Origin: Neoechinorhynchus agilis
Lineage: Eukaryota > Animalia > Acanthocephala
Reading direction: 5' to 3'
NCBI GenBank assembly: GCA_051530055.1
Contig: CM121342.1
Coordinates: forward strand, 654,797-718,796
DNA length: 64,000 nt
Of this stretch, positions 13,469 through 26,062 are shown piece by piece (position 1 is the first letter of the stretch; each line of letters opens with the position of its first letter). The translations under genes and the position numbers were made by a program. Below the pieces are notes generated by a model. The model worked only from the letters and a program-made list of their open reading frames with translations, was not told the origin of the DNA and did not search any database.

Positions 13469-14607
13469 GAAAGTTGAGAGAAAATGCCGTTTACTCAGTA
13501 AAAATATCCACGAAAAAAGCGTCCTACGAAGGATTAATGATGAAAAATTGAAAAAGGAATTATAGGTCTAACAACATTTTCTCGCAAAAATCAGTTGCTG
13601 CTTAAAGTTGCTTAGAAATTAAACATTTGTATATAAAAAATAAATTATTGTAAAATACTTTCATACTATAAAGAAAAAATGACAGCTATGAGTAATGTCG
13701 GAATCACGCAGAATAGAATTTCGCGATGAGAAATTTAAATGAATTTTACTTGGAATTCTTGAAATCTTCGAATGCCTTGACGTCATACTCAGAATAATTA
13801 TCACATACTTTAAAGGTTTTTCACAATGTGACCGAGTAATTGAAAGCGAAAAATGGGGGAAAAATTAATTGTAATTACCCACCATTTTGATATATTCTGT
13901 AAAAATAACGAAAAAGCTTTTACATTTTAAAACCGAGATTTTTACACGTAAGTCAATTAATATAGTTTTTACTCCTTCCTATGTCATATCTAAATCCGAT
14001 TTACGACCGATCAATCTTCTTATGCAAAATAATGCATCGACACCACAGACGTTTACAGATTTTTATATTTCGGAGAAATTAATTGAAAACCATGCCACAG
14101 GAAAGAAGCATGAATAAATTATAATTTGAGAACCTTGTTAGCATGTCAAAAAATTCCGAAGATACAATTTTTTTCAATTCATACAAACTTCAAAAGTTTG
14201 AAAAATCACAAGTTTAATTATGGCGTTTTCGTTATATCTTTGATTATCGATGTGTTGATTTGAAATAATTAAGTAAATTTTATTTTACGCACAAATTATC
14301 TTTCAATCAAGGAACGATTGCGCAATGCAAATTAATTTCAATCCAAATAGATTTAAGTTACGATTGCGTGCCTTTATCAACTTGATCGCTGATTGGCTAC
14401 ATTATCATTAGTATTTTTAAGGAACCGTGCTACTGCACATTATAGAAGACTGATCACGAAATTTATACAGCCAAACACTTTCAATCCAGTGTAAAAGATA
14501 GTTTTTATCTCACAAGACTGAATCTTCCTCAAACAACTTTTGCATTGCTCTCGTACACATAATCGTAAGCTCTAACAAAGAAGCACAATACCAAGCCCTC
14601 AAAAATC

Positions 14608-16425
14608 ATGATCAATTCAAACCCACTCTTGGATAAAATCACTTCTATTCCTGAAGTTGAAGAGCTAGAAAAATACGCCGAAAAGTACATTTCGGTTTAC
14701 AGTTCACGAAATGCAATGTTCTATGCAGATTTGATGCGGTCGCAGTATCCAAACTATACAAAAGTTAATAACAAGTATTTGAAGTTCAAAAAAAAATGCA
14801 GTGATAAATATTTAAACTCTCTGGACGCCTTACGTATTTTGGTTGTTGATCTAAGCACAATAGAGGCAAAAACGCGTTTCGCCAGGTCTTGTTACACATG
14901 GAGAAAATTGGACTCTTTTCAAGATGAGTTTTGTCGGTGGACGAATACAATATCTGGATCAGACGATCATGACGATATACGTCGTTTAAATTTACTTTAC
15001 AGAATATGTGGAGATAATGTAATTGGAAAAAATGACCGAATAATGCTCGGCTCACTATTTGAAACAATCGGCTACATTTTACTTGAACAGTTAAAACATA
15101 TTGTCGCCATGCGGGCCTTTCGATTGGGCTTAAAAGCTGATCCAACTTCAGTGCATTGTATTGAGGGAGCATGTGACACTATAAAGTGGAATTTACAAAT
15201 CGAAAATTTAGTGTTGAAGCTCACACCACATCTCGATGATTCTATTAAGATTTTACTAAATATTAAAATCAATGCAATCAATACAGGGATAAAAAGACCC
15301 ATAGCGATTACCGTAGATGAAGATAGGAAAAGTGATCTCGAGCCAGTTGGAAAATATAAAAGAATAGACAAAAATGGGGAAGTGAGTCGTAGTTCTGTTG
15401 AGAATAGAAACTTTCATCGATCCAATGCTTTGACGATCATTTTAGTTCAATACGCTCGAGCCTACCATGCATTTTCACTATGCAGATTTCGAGAAGCAAT
15501 GGAGCATATTAAGACACTCGACGGAATTTGTTGTTACGAAATGGTTCATTCTATTCAACTGCTAGTAGCCAAAATTCAATTTGAACAAATGTTAAACGAC
15601 GCGTGCATTCTATCCTTTGAGCGTCTAATGCAACATTTCCCCGATTCAACAGAAGGTTTAGAATATTATTCTACGGCACTTTATCGTAAAAATGATGAGG
15701 ACAGCCTCCACAACCTTTGTCTTAAGTCAATATCCACATTGCCAAACAATGCTATTTACTATTGCGCCAAAGGAAATCTATTAACTTTGTATAAGGATAA
15801 GGAACTTGCGGTCAAAGCTTTTGAGAAAGCAATTAAAGTTGAAGATTCGAACGTTAAACTTCGGGCCTATGCCACTTCACTTCTTGTAAGTGAACGTTAC
15901 TTAAACGGTCAATACAGAAGGATGGATCAAGCAATCAATATCCTTATTAAATATGATCCTTTCACTTATAAATCATTTATGTACCGAGGAATGTTATTAT
16001 TTGACAAAGGGTATTTTGACTGCGCGATCGTAGAATTAAAACAAGCGCTGGTCATGAACCCCTCACATTGGAGATTGGAAATCAGATTAGCGGTCTCTTT
16101 CTTTAAGCTTAAACAGATCGATGATTCGCTACAGGCTCTGGGTCGAGCGTTGGATATTAGTGATAACAATTCGTTAGTTAAGGTCCATTTGGCAGGTGTT
16201 TTGTTGAACTCAAACCGAACCAATGAAGCTCACAATATATTGCAAGAATTAATTGAAAATGATCCTGGAAACGCTGATGGTCACTACATGATGGCTATAT
16301 ATCACAAATTTATGGGTACCAAGAAGCTTTACGTCCATTACTACAAAGCCGCTGTATCCAAAGGAATTGATACCAAACAGCGAAATTATCTGTCCAAGAT
16401 TTTCACAGTAAATTATTTACCTTAA
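14608..16425 (+). CDS. Divergent intronless CDC27/APC3-like TPR protein
   Basis: EGLEYYSTAL...YCAKGN...AVKAFEKAI...ALVMNP...ALDI...HLAGVL aligns with the recalled CDC27 C-terminal TPR block. Confidence 0.7.
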   Translation: MINSNPLLDKITSIPEVEELEKYAEKYISVYSSRNAMFYADLMRSQYPNYTKVNNKYLKFKKKCSDKYLNSLDALRILVVDLSTIEAKTRFARSCYTWRKLDSFQDEFCRWTNTISGSDDHDDIRRLNLLYRICGDNVIGKNDRIMLGSLFETIGYILLEQLKHIVAMRAFRLGLKADPTSVHCIEGACDTIKWNLQIENLVLKLTPHLDDSIKILLNIKINAINTGIKRPIAITVDEDRKSDLEPVGKYKRIDKNGEVSRSSVENRNFHRSNALTIILVQYARAYHAFSLCRFREAMEHIKTLDGICCYEMVHSIQLLVAKIQFEQMLNDACILSFERLMQHFPDSTEGLEYYSTALYRKNDEDSLHNLCLKSISTLPNNAIYYCAKGNLLTLYKDKELAVKAFEKAIKVEDSNVKLRAYATSLLVSERYLNGQYRRMDQAINILIKYDPFTYKSFMYRGMLLFDKGYFDCAIVELKQALVMNPSHWRLEIRLAVSFFKLKQIDDSLQALGRALDISDNNSLVKVHLAGVLLNSNRTNEAHNILQELIENDPGNADGHYMMAIYHKFMGTKKLYVHYYKAAVSKGIDTKQRNYLSKIFTVNYLP

Positions 16426-17101
16426 ATAAATATTTAATTCATTTATTTATCATGCTTCACAGTGGCGACATAGTAACAGTTAGTAAAATACAATCTCTTC
16501 CAGCAATAATTTGTCTTATACCTCGGAAATATTACAGGGTCTGTGTAACGATATTGAGCTGAATTATTTACTGAACAAAGGGACGGTGTCATTGGTAAAG
16601 CATCAAAATTTCTCCGAGCTTGCACAAGATTTGGAAGATTAAGATTTGGAAAAATCTTCCAACATTATAAATCTTGCTCCTTTGTATTCACTGGCATTAG
16701 ACTTTAGGTCTATATTCCTGAATTATTCGTAAGAAAATGTCGACAGCTATACACTAATGTCTTCGTTTATAACGATTGCTCTATTTAACTTAGATTTTTC
16801 GTGCTTTCCGATAATCTTTTTTGCAGCAGTTTTATTCAGATGGATACATTTCATTTCTCAAATGTGATTCAAAGAATACAAACTTTTTGGAACAAAAACT
16901 GAGCACAAATGGCTGCGATTTCTAAATAATGTATAAAAGTAGCGGAAAAGCTTTTACATTTAATAAAAGCCTTCGAAAATAAATTCGTGTAAACAAAAAG
17001 TCAACAGAAAACGATAAACATCGGTCGAAAAAACACTTCCAATCTCGGCCCATCAAGTCGACTATTAAATAAAAGGTGTCTTTTCCCGAGAACTGAATTC
17101 A

Positions 17102-18406
17102 ATGAACACACTCGAGATTTGTGCTGTGATCTCTTTGATCATTTTTTTCAATATAACTTCCGCTCGTCCACGACCAAGAGAACTTTCGCCGCACATTTTT
17201 TCGGATTATCTAGGAGATCAATTACCAAGCACCAACTATGACAGATACGACTTGGTAAATAACCGGTTTGCGAACAATGAGCGGGCTGTGGTCTTGGTGC
17301 TGCCTGATGATCAACTCGATAAGATATTGATCGGAAATGTTGATGATAACGATCAGCAATGGAATAGGTCAACATTTTGGAAACTCTCAGGTCTTCAGAA
17401 AGTGTCAACAACAGAAGATGTCGCATCGCTCGAAGAGGAAACGACAACGGACTTCTCAACTGAAGAAATTGATATTTGTAATGTGCACTTCTGCGATAAT
17501 CTGAAGACTTCATCGGCAATGACAACAACAGAGGAAACCACAATTCAGACTACTGACGTGGCTACAGAATCAACAACCGAAGAGCAAACAAGCGAGCCAA
17601 GGACAGAGGAAACGACAATACAGACGACTGAAGTGACTAAAGAATCAACAACTGAAGAGCAAACAAGCGAGCCTAAAACAGAGGAAACAACAATAGAGGA
17701 AACGACAATGCAGACGACTGAGTTGACTAAAGAATCAACAGCTGAAGAGCAAACAAGCGAGCCAAAGACAGAGGAAACAATGACTGAGGAAACGACAATG
17801 GAGACGACGGATGTGACTAAAGAATCAACAACTGAAGAGCAAACAAGCGAGCCAAAGACAGAGGAAACAATGACTGAGGAAACGACAATGCAGACGACTG
17901 AAGTGACTACCGAATCAATATTCCAAGAGCAAACAAGTGAGTCAAAAGCGGAGGAAACAACAACGCAGACGACCGTAGTGACTTCAGAGACAACAACCCA
18001 AAATGCCGAGACCACAGAAATCACCGGAATGGAAAAGGGCAAAATGAAACCGGCTATTCTCCCGGTGACTGAACACGTCGCTAAAATGAAAAGCAATGAA
18101 CAGTCGCTGAGCACCATGGATTCTCTCAAGCTTCCAACAGAAATTCCTTGTTTATGTGAGATTCTTGACTTCGTTGATTCACTATTCGATAACATAATCA
18201 AGCAAATGGCATTACTTGTAGAAAACTCAGAAGATAAACAAGAACAAGAGATGATTAATCGACTTGTTTATAAAAAGAATAAGATCATTGAGAGGTATAG
18301 ACCAAGAACGCAATGTAGATCGGTATTCTCGAAAGACCAAGTTGCCGACTTTGCAGGATGCTTCGACCCTTTGGTAGCTTATGCTGGAGCGAGGAAGGAT
18401 AAATAG
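17102..18406 (+). CDS. Secreted mucin-like Thr/Glu-rich protein
   Basis: N-terminal signal peptide; tandem TEEQTSEPKTEETT..QTTEVTKEST repeats at about 17530-17960. Confidence 0.75.
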   Translation: MNTLEICAVISLIIFFNITSARPRPRELSPHIFSDYLGDQLPSTNYDRYDLVNNRFANNERAVVLVLPDDQLDKILIGNVDDNDQQWNRSTFWKLSGLQKVSTTEDVASLEEETTTDFSTEEIDICNVHFCDNLKTSSAMTTTEETTIQTTDVATESTTEEQTSEPRTEETTIQTTEVTKESTTEEQTSEPKTEETTIEETTMQTTELTKESTAEEQTSEPKTEETMTEETTMETTDVTKESTTEEQTSEPKTEETMTEETTMQTTEVTTESIFQEQTSESKAEETTTQTTVVTSETTTQNAETTEITGMEKGKMKPAILPVTEHVAKMKSNEQSLSTMDSLKLPTEIPCLCEILDFVDSLFDNIIKQMALLVENSEDKQEQEMINRLVYKKNKIIERYRPRTQCRSVFSKDQVADFAGCFDPLVAYAGARKDK

Positions 18407-18741
18407 TTCATGAAGAGCCGTGAGCGTTTCGACTAATCGTTAGTGACTCATTAGTTTATAGACAAAATGCTTCAAATATTTATTTAATCAAAATAAAGGT
18501 CAGTTTTAAATTTTTGTTTTCTGTGGTCTTTTCCTTTTTTTTCATAAAACGATTTGATCTTAAGAATAAATTGTAAAAAGTAATAACACATTATCGAGAT
18601 GTAGTCATCAGTAGAACAGGAGTGCTGATGTACAAAAGGCTTTTGTGGGTATAGGACTATAATCTGCGCAAAATCTGGAAATCACAAGTTAAGAAGAGTT
18701 AAAAACACTTTTCCTGTGAATAAATATCTATAAGATGTCTT

Positions 18742-18815
18742 GGGAACGCTGTATCCATCCTGTCGACCATTACACCCGGACGGCAGCTGAGTTATCCAGA
18801 GCGGTGGTGTGAATG
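18742..18815 (+). mobile_element. CRE-like 3' end fragment
   Basis: GGACGGCAGCTGAGTTATCCAGAGCGGTGGTGTGAATG. Confidence 0.7.
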
Positions 18816-19169
18816 ATCTAACGTGTTTTTGTAATCTATTTTGTTATTATCATCATTAAATTTTAGTTTTTCCCTTCTTGTCCGGCTTATTTTTAGGCGG
18901 TAGAACATCTGTTAATTATTCCAATAACTTTCGTCCTGTGTTTGACTAAGCTATATTTATTCCAGTTTTAGTAACTCAAGCATATCCATCCGGGTTATTT
19001 TAGCCGTTGGCTTGTCTTAACAATTTGACAAAATAACTCTTCATTTTATTAGGGAAATTCTAGAATTTGTTGCATTCCTTACAATGTTATCTCTAGAATC
19101 TATAATATTTTATTCACGAAATCTTTATATTACGATCATGCCCCCTCAAAGACGTTATTTTATCCTCTG

Positions 19170-19300
19170 ACTAGTGTACCGCAGTGTTCGCCGCTTTCTC
19201 CTATTTTATTTCTACTGCCTTCCAAATACCTAACACAAAATTTTAAAATTTATGCCTCACTGACGTGTTATGCTGATGACATAACTTTTGTGATTAAAAT
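19170..19300 (+). mobile_element. Non-LTR reverse transcriptase remnant
   Basis: Translates SVPQCSPLSPILF...CYADDITF (GxPQG and YADD motifs). Confidence 0.65.
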
Positions 19301-19457
19301 TCACAGGGTATTTTCCCTTGTTGTCCGGCTTATTTATTTGGGCATAAACCCAAACAAATTACATCAGAGAAGTGATATAACAACATAGTCTCTAATGCAC
19401 GGTTAAAAGTTTGTACATTCCTCCGGATCCTCAGATACCTCCAGGAGGCGCGGCTCA

Positions 19458-19900
19458 TCAGTGAGTTTCCTCTTCGTCCCCTAACTTGAATCTCCTATTA
19501 AGGGTCGGGGGATTTTTGGAGGGAATGCGCACAACATTTTTGTGGGATGAAACGCAGAATGCAAATCGGGGAAAAGGAGTTGAGTAATACGCAGTATTAT
19601 TGTGGCGGTGGTGTGCATCAGAGGCAAAAGGATCTGTAGCGGGGGATTCAGGTATTCCAGTAATAAATATGATGCGATTTATATCCTCGATGGAGGAGTG
19701 CCTGATACGATGGGTCGAATTCAATTCGACGAGGGATGATGGACGGGGAGGGGGGAGAAGTCGTATCATGACAGAAATGAATCGGAGGGTTGATTAATTG
19801 TGATGGCATTGAGGCCGACTTCATATCCTCATAGTTCTTTGCTCCTCGTTTTGCTCTTCTTTCTACTCGTTCAGATGTTTCTTTGACCTTTTTCTCAACC
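19458..19900 (-). mobile_element. Degenerate RT remnant, probably Penelope-like
   Basis: Stop-riddled frame containing IRPIVSG...IASYL. Confidence 0.4.
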
Positions 19901-20751
19901 GTAGCTTTCTTAGTAGTTACTGGCGGTGAATCGCTTTCGCTTTTCCTATCGCTATGTTTTATCAATCTTAATATCATAATCCTCCACAGTAATTTTAGAA
20001 TCGGGTGGTACCATGTCCCTAATAATTGTCAAAGTATTCACAGTATTTTTAAAACCATCGTTTCCAACAAATCTTCGTTTGAGTTTGCCATACTGATGGC
20101 CCTCTTCACTAGCCGATTTTTGTATTTTCTTAGCTTGTTTCTTAGAATTCCCATTTGGAACCTTTGTCTCCCTCTTTGAATTTTTTGAATTCGACCAAAT
20201 CTTCACTTCTAAGAGAATTCTTTTCGCACATAGTAGCCTCCGTTAATATATCTTTAACTGTTCTAATCGCTTCAATCAATTAGCCTTTGTTCAAAGCGCT
20301 TCTTTAGTGCAACATCAATAAGTGCAAAATACATAGCTTAGTCGCGTTCACAGTTGAAGAGAGACAAAAAAGGATGGCGATGATGCCAAAATGCAGAGCA
20401 TTTTAGTATTTTTTTTGCCATCGATTGTAACGGTTTACTTATTCATCGATGTCGGTATGTGAGATTCTGATTTATAGGATTAGAATTACTATTTCGGTTT
20501 TCACCCGGTATATAATTTTTTATATAAACCCGACGAGGTTCGAAACGTCTTTAATAAAAAATTATTTTCCGGGTGAAGACCTAAATAAAAAAATTATTCA
20601 TCAATGATTGTCAATTTTAGCATAAATGAGTAAACTGAATATAAACGTGTTTCATATATAATTGCATAAATCCGAAAGGTTTCGAACCCATCAATCTCGC
20701 CAATATACTGAAAATGTCAATTTTTACACTCACGTATAAATCGCATCGTTG

Positions 20752-23700
20752 CTATGGAACAACATCGTCGCCAGCGTTTCGGGATTGATTGTCAAACTGT
20801 TCAGTAGTTGAGCTTTGTCTACTCTTTTTGTCATTCTTAACAGCACTTTCCTCCACATAGTCTCTTTCTTCAACTTTCCGGACTCGCATAATGGGAACGA
20901 TGGATATATCTCTTATAGCTCGTTGAATGGCGCAATTATTGACATGTTCACATTCAAGTCTGAAAATATTCCAGAGAGATCGCCGAGAGAGTTCGCATAG
21001 GGAAAAGAGGGTGCCCATCCATACTTTGGACAAGCTTCCAGGCCATAGGATACTTTTACCGACTCTAAATTTTCCTGTCCACGAAGCGCGAAGGAGTCCG
21101 TTTAAAAGAACTGCAGAAATATATTTAAGAGATGATCCGTAAATGAGCGGTTTACGGAAAATCCCGTTTTCCTCTACTTCATCATCTTGATTTATGCGTT
21201 CATCTTTAAGCATGAACAAATTCCAGTCCATATGAACATCCCAGATGAACTTAATCACCATATCAAGTGCTCCTGAGACTGCAAAACAGGCGTTCCAGAA
21301 GCTCGGACTGGTACCCGCCTGAACGATCGGTTTCAGAACGGCGAATGTGACGACCGGCATTCCGATTAAATACTTCATTGCATTCCAAAAATGTAGACGC
21401 ACTCGTACCTCGTAGTATCGTCTACAACATTGAAGAAATCTTGATAGATGTGGAAGGAGAAGAACCACTAGCATTATAATCAAATATGTAGTACTAAGCT
21501 TTGTGCTCAAGTCAACGTAAGCCTTTGAAGAGATGGGACTTCCCTTGTGCCAATTATAGAATCCCATGAAGAAAACTCCGAAAAACACAAGATCTCCGAA
21601 TACTGTTGTAAGACTGAGGAATTGATCGCCAATCCAGAAATGTCGAAATAAGACAGGGCGACATGATGGTCGGATTATTACATCGATTGATGTTCTCATA
21701 TACCAGTACCTTGCTTTTCGATACTGAACATCGAAAGGGTTAATGAAAATCAGCACAGTGATCAGATGAGCAAAGAAAGGAAACAGAAAAAGGTTTTTGA
21801 TTTCCATTATTGGTACATCGCTCGCCTGGTGGATTCTCCACATTGTAAGAAGGAGAGCGGAATGAGTCACTGTCAAAAACTGAAGTCCAATGTCTAATAT
21901 ATGTTCAAAGCTCATGTGATCACGCGGATCTAATTCAAAAATTAGTACATAATTAACGCCGTAGTGTTTCCAACAAAATGTACAAGCTGAAATGAATATT
22001 AATTCCAAGTCTATCAGGTATAAAGATCGATACATGTATGTAAGAACTGATATCCAGTGTAAGTCTAGAGGATAAGTCTTGAGTGGATTTGTCTCATTAA
22101 AATATAATGGCGAATAGCGAGCTTTAGCAACAAGTGTCGTGTATCAATCGACGTGATTCTGGAAACATGAAGGATTCCAGGTCGTAAAAATGCGAAAGCG
22201 GAAAATCGGTCTGGTAACTAAGGAAAAGAGAGTTAAAGTCCTAATATGATGAAATTCGTTTCTTATGGAGGTGGTATCTTCATAGCTTAAGGTGCCATAC
22301 TTTCATTCGATAAAACGTTGAGATGTTCAGATTTGGGGCTTAAAAACCTTGCATTTCAATGCCGGAATAACGAATTTTCTATGTTGATATCTCTTTTTAA
22401 AAGTAGGCAAATGACGGCTTTCGTGAGTATGGAAATTTAGTCCTAAATTATGCCGATATTAGCGAAAAAAATTGAAATAAGAAATGGAGGACTGAAGGAA
22501 GCACGTCAGGTTGTTTTAAATTCCAATTAGAACGGACATTGCAGCCAGTATCCCAGACCAAAGTCCGATTCTAAACAGCACCCAAGCACTAGCTCTTTCA
22601 TCTTCTCGTGTAACTCGCAACTGTCTCATCGCTTCGTGGCGGTTTCCACCCTCAAGTTTTTCAATATATATAGTTTCAATCGTACTAGTAAGATCACTGA
22701 GATCATCACTTGTAAAGAATATTGAATCGACGACATTTTCATGGAACCAGATCATTCCACGTTGAGTACCGAATACCTTATCGTGCTTCTTTAAGATTTT
22801 GCGAAATCCCGTATAGTTGAGTTCCCTGTATTCCTTGATCAAAACAAGCATGAAGTATAATTCACTCATTCCTAACTTTAGAGCTTTCATTCTCCGTTTA
22901 AATTGAAATTCGTCCCTCTTGGTCCTTTTAATCCAAGAATCGCTTTATAGGAAACTAGCATAAGAATTTAAATTTAAACTTGGAATATGCAGGAAAGGGT
23001 TGAAGCGAATCTAATTACTTTAAACACTCGTGGTTATCTCATGTGGTATTTATTGCTCACAAAAATATCTTATCATGTTTGTGGCAGCATTCTTTGACGA
23101 ACCTACAAACTTGCTTATCTAATACACAATTCACTAGTTAAAATGTTTGCCGTTTGAAAAACAACTGTTCTTCATTTATGAATGCTTAAAAAGCCTAAAT
23201 GGATCAAAGAATGAGTATTGAACATAACAAAAAAATCATTACGAACAAAAACAGTAAGGATGGTTTGAAGATAATTTAGCTTCAATTTATAATTTAAAGT
23301 CTAATCGATTTCAACGACATTGAATTGAGCGATTCTTGGTCTAAGGAGGTTGCGTTTCCGCTCCCAGAATTGATGAGCAGCGATTTTAGTAGACCGAATA
23401 TTCGACAAGACTCCAACGGGCGAGTCTTCTGATGGAAGCAATTTTTCAAAGTTTTGTTTTTTTGACTTTTCAAAGTCAAAATTTTCATCACCGAACGTCA
23501 GATCGATTTGTTGCTTTAGGACATTGAGCCTATTTTTTGATTCTTCGATTTTCGTCGCATAGAATTGGTTTATTTTTTCCAGTTCTCGTTTACATTGATC
23601 AAGGAATTCTTGATCGATATTTTCGTAGAACTCGCTCGTACTATCAGAAGTAATGAATCCATTGCTGAGTGCATTCGCTTGAGCAGAGTACAGGATCTCC

Positions 23701-23777
23701 TTCATTTCATCATATCGAATGTATTCCGATCTCCATTCGGGTGCTTTATGAGTCGCAAGGTATTTGGCGAATTTCAT
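20752..23777 (-). CDS. XPR1: XPR1/SYG1 SPX-EXS phosphate exporter, three coding blocks
   Basis: MKFAKYL...PEWR..YI.Y (SPX start), LNYTGFRKILKKHDK, GVNYVLIFELDPR, FRHFWIGDQFLSL, RRSLWNIFRLECEH. Confidence 0.93.
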
Positions 23778-26062
23778 CTGAAATGGATTTATTAGAAACA
23801 AGGTCTCAAAAGAAGAATTCAGCTTAAATCAGAGAAAAAAAGTAGTAGAAGACGTTTGTGGAAGGTAGCGAGATGAACCACTATGTGCGCTATATCTCTC
23901 AGGGGAACGAAAAGGCGCCTACGGGAAAGTTTCTCAGCGTCACTCACATAAGTCGTAGATACCATAAGAGAATTTACCTTAAAGCGCACTACTTCAAGCT
24001 AATTTTTGTCAAGCTGAATTTAAATTTTAAGACGCCCAAGTCGCGCAAAAGGTAAAGCGATGTCAAGATAGTGTGTTGCAACAAGATGAGTTAGTGCAAC
24101 TCACGTAGCTTATTAGGTTGTTTTTGTTGAGACCAAATTTTGTTTTTTGAATGGAACCCACTCAAAAGGGACTCGCAAAGTCTGAATTTGGGTTACCATG
24201 GAGTTGACAGAATACGAAACTTTTACAATTTTCAATATTGTTGGTATACTCGAACGCTCCAGAAATATGTGGCTCATTTGCCACACTTTCACGGCTTTAT
24301 CGATTAAAGTAGATGTCGTCGAATGGTGCGCAATTTGCTTAACGCTGCTCTGTTTGTTTGCTGGTATTAAAGTATGTTGCTTTGGTGTCAAGGTAATTGG
24401 TGTGGATACTACGCATTATAATGTTAAGATTTGAAGACCAGAGATCACATCCTCAAAGAAATGGAAATAATAGATCCTGAGTTTATCCTTCGTGATTGAA
24501 GTTTGCTAAAAAAGGAAGACGTTCTATCTGAAGAATGAAGTTTTGAAATGTAAATTTTTTACCAATAAATCCTGTAAATCGCCCCTGTTTCCCGAAGGTT
24601 ACTAAAGCGATCGCTTTTTTGTTTCTGTAGACTTTGAAGTTTCGAATGGCTTCGAAAATACCCACTAAAATTTCAGGGATACCGAACGTGGGCGTAAAAA
24701 CGGTGAAAAGTGTTTGTTTTCATCGCGTACGCAAGTGTTCATTGCTTTTGAGCAATAATTGCACAGATATCCCTATTCATGCTGAAGGATATGAACGGTG
24801 GAAAAGAATTCGAGTACGCCGCATATTGGCATATTTATTTTGTTCTTAAAATACGGCAAAGAGGATGACAAAAACATTAAGCTTCAAAGAACATGCATGG
24901 ATATCGTGAGTGCAGTGAAAACACAATAATGTTATGATTTTAAAATCATTATGTGAGCATTAATCAACTTGTATTTTACGAAAATTTGAAAAATGCCATA
25001 ATGGAGAAGTGCTATGAAGTCTTAGAAAAATGCTAGTATGCAGATCGAAGATTTCCACGCGGAGTATTGCTTGTACAACTTAAGAATTTTAATCCACTAT
25101 AGGTTTGGAAATTTGTCGGAATAGAACGAGAGAAACTCTAACGAGAATAAAGGCAGAACTTTTGCTTTTGTGAACTATAAAGAATTGGTTTGATTTTTGG
25201 CTAACTGCTAACAGATTTCAATGCACATTCAAAGCGAATTTTCATAGCTTTTAGGTGATTCCTTCAGTTTTAAAGCAAGAAAAGTTGGATATCGAGTTTG
25301 TCATCTTTCAAAATAAATCATTTTGATATGAGAAAAAACTGAAAAAAGAATTATCTTTATCAGCGTAAGAGAATAAAAATAAAAAGGTTCAATGTTTTCG
25401 AACCATATTTGAAAGTGATTCTTGTTACCTCCCCAACTCGAATATCACCATACGGCTAAAATACCACTGGGAGTTAATTCCTGACTATATTTTAAACTCC
25501 CTGATAAATAGTTTAGGCGTTTTATGATCGTGGTCACTTGTTTCCGACATTCGAACTCGTGTTCGTAATTCTTTGGATTGAATCATTTTCAAATCTTGCA
25601 ACAATTTCATTTTGCTGCATTTCGAAAAACAGGATGAAAACTAATGGAGACGACAATACGTGCCACCAAAATTAAACACTTCTGACGGGGTTTTCGTTGA
25701 AAACTGCGATTTCCGCACTTCAAAATCTTAAATGCACCGACTTGAGGATTAAACAACGGTTTCTAATTAATGACATTTATTGGTCAAAATTGCTCGATTT
25801 TGGTTCTATGACTCGTTTTTGCAACATTGCTTTGAACTCATTACTCGTTAATACAGCTTTCAAAAACGTTGGTCGTTTTGTTCAAGAGTAATAATCAATA
25901 AACACTCGAATCGTCTAAGTGATAGTGATCAATAAAAGTAAGCGCGCTGTATTTGTGGCCGTTTTTAGTGAAATCGATTTGCAAATACGGCACTCTGTAC
26001 GCGCAATATCCATAACAACAACAAAATAAATTAACGCCGATTGCAAATAAAAATGGAAAAAA

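Noticed and set aside
17545-18201. Long antisense ORFs (also 4303-4626, 50649-51011, 51019-51420 in part)
   Set aside because: Ser/Val/Phe-rich shadows of the real genes on the opposite strand
23858-24849. Short ORFs with a possible TM segment
   Set aside because: No consistent gene model or family could be supported
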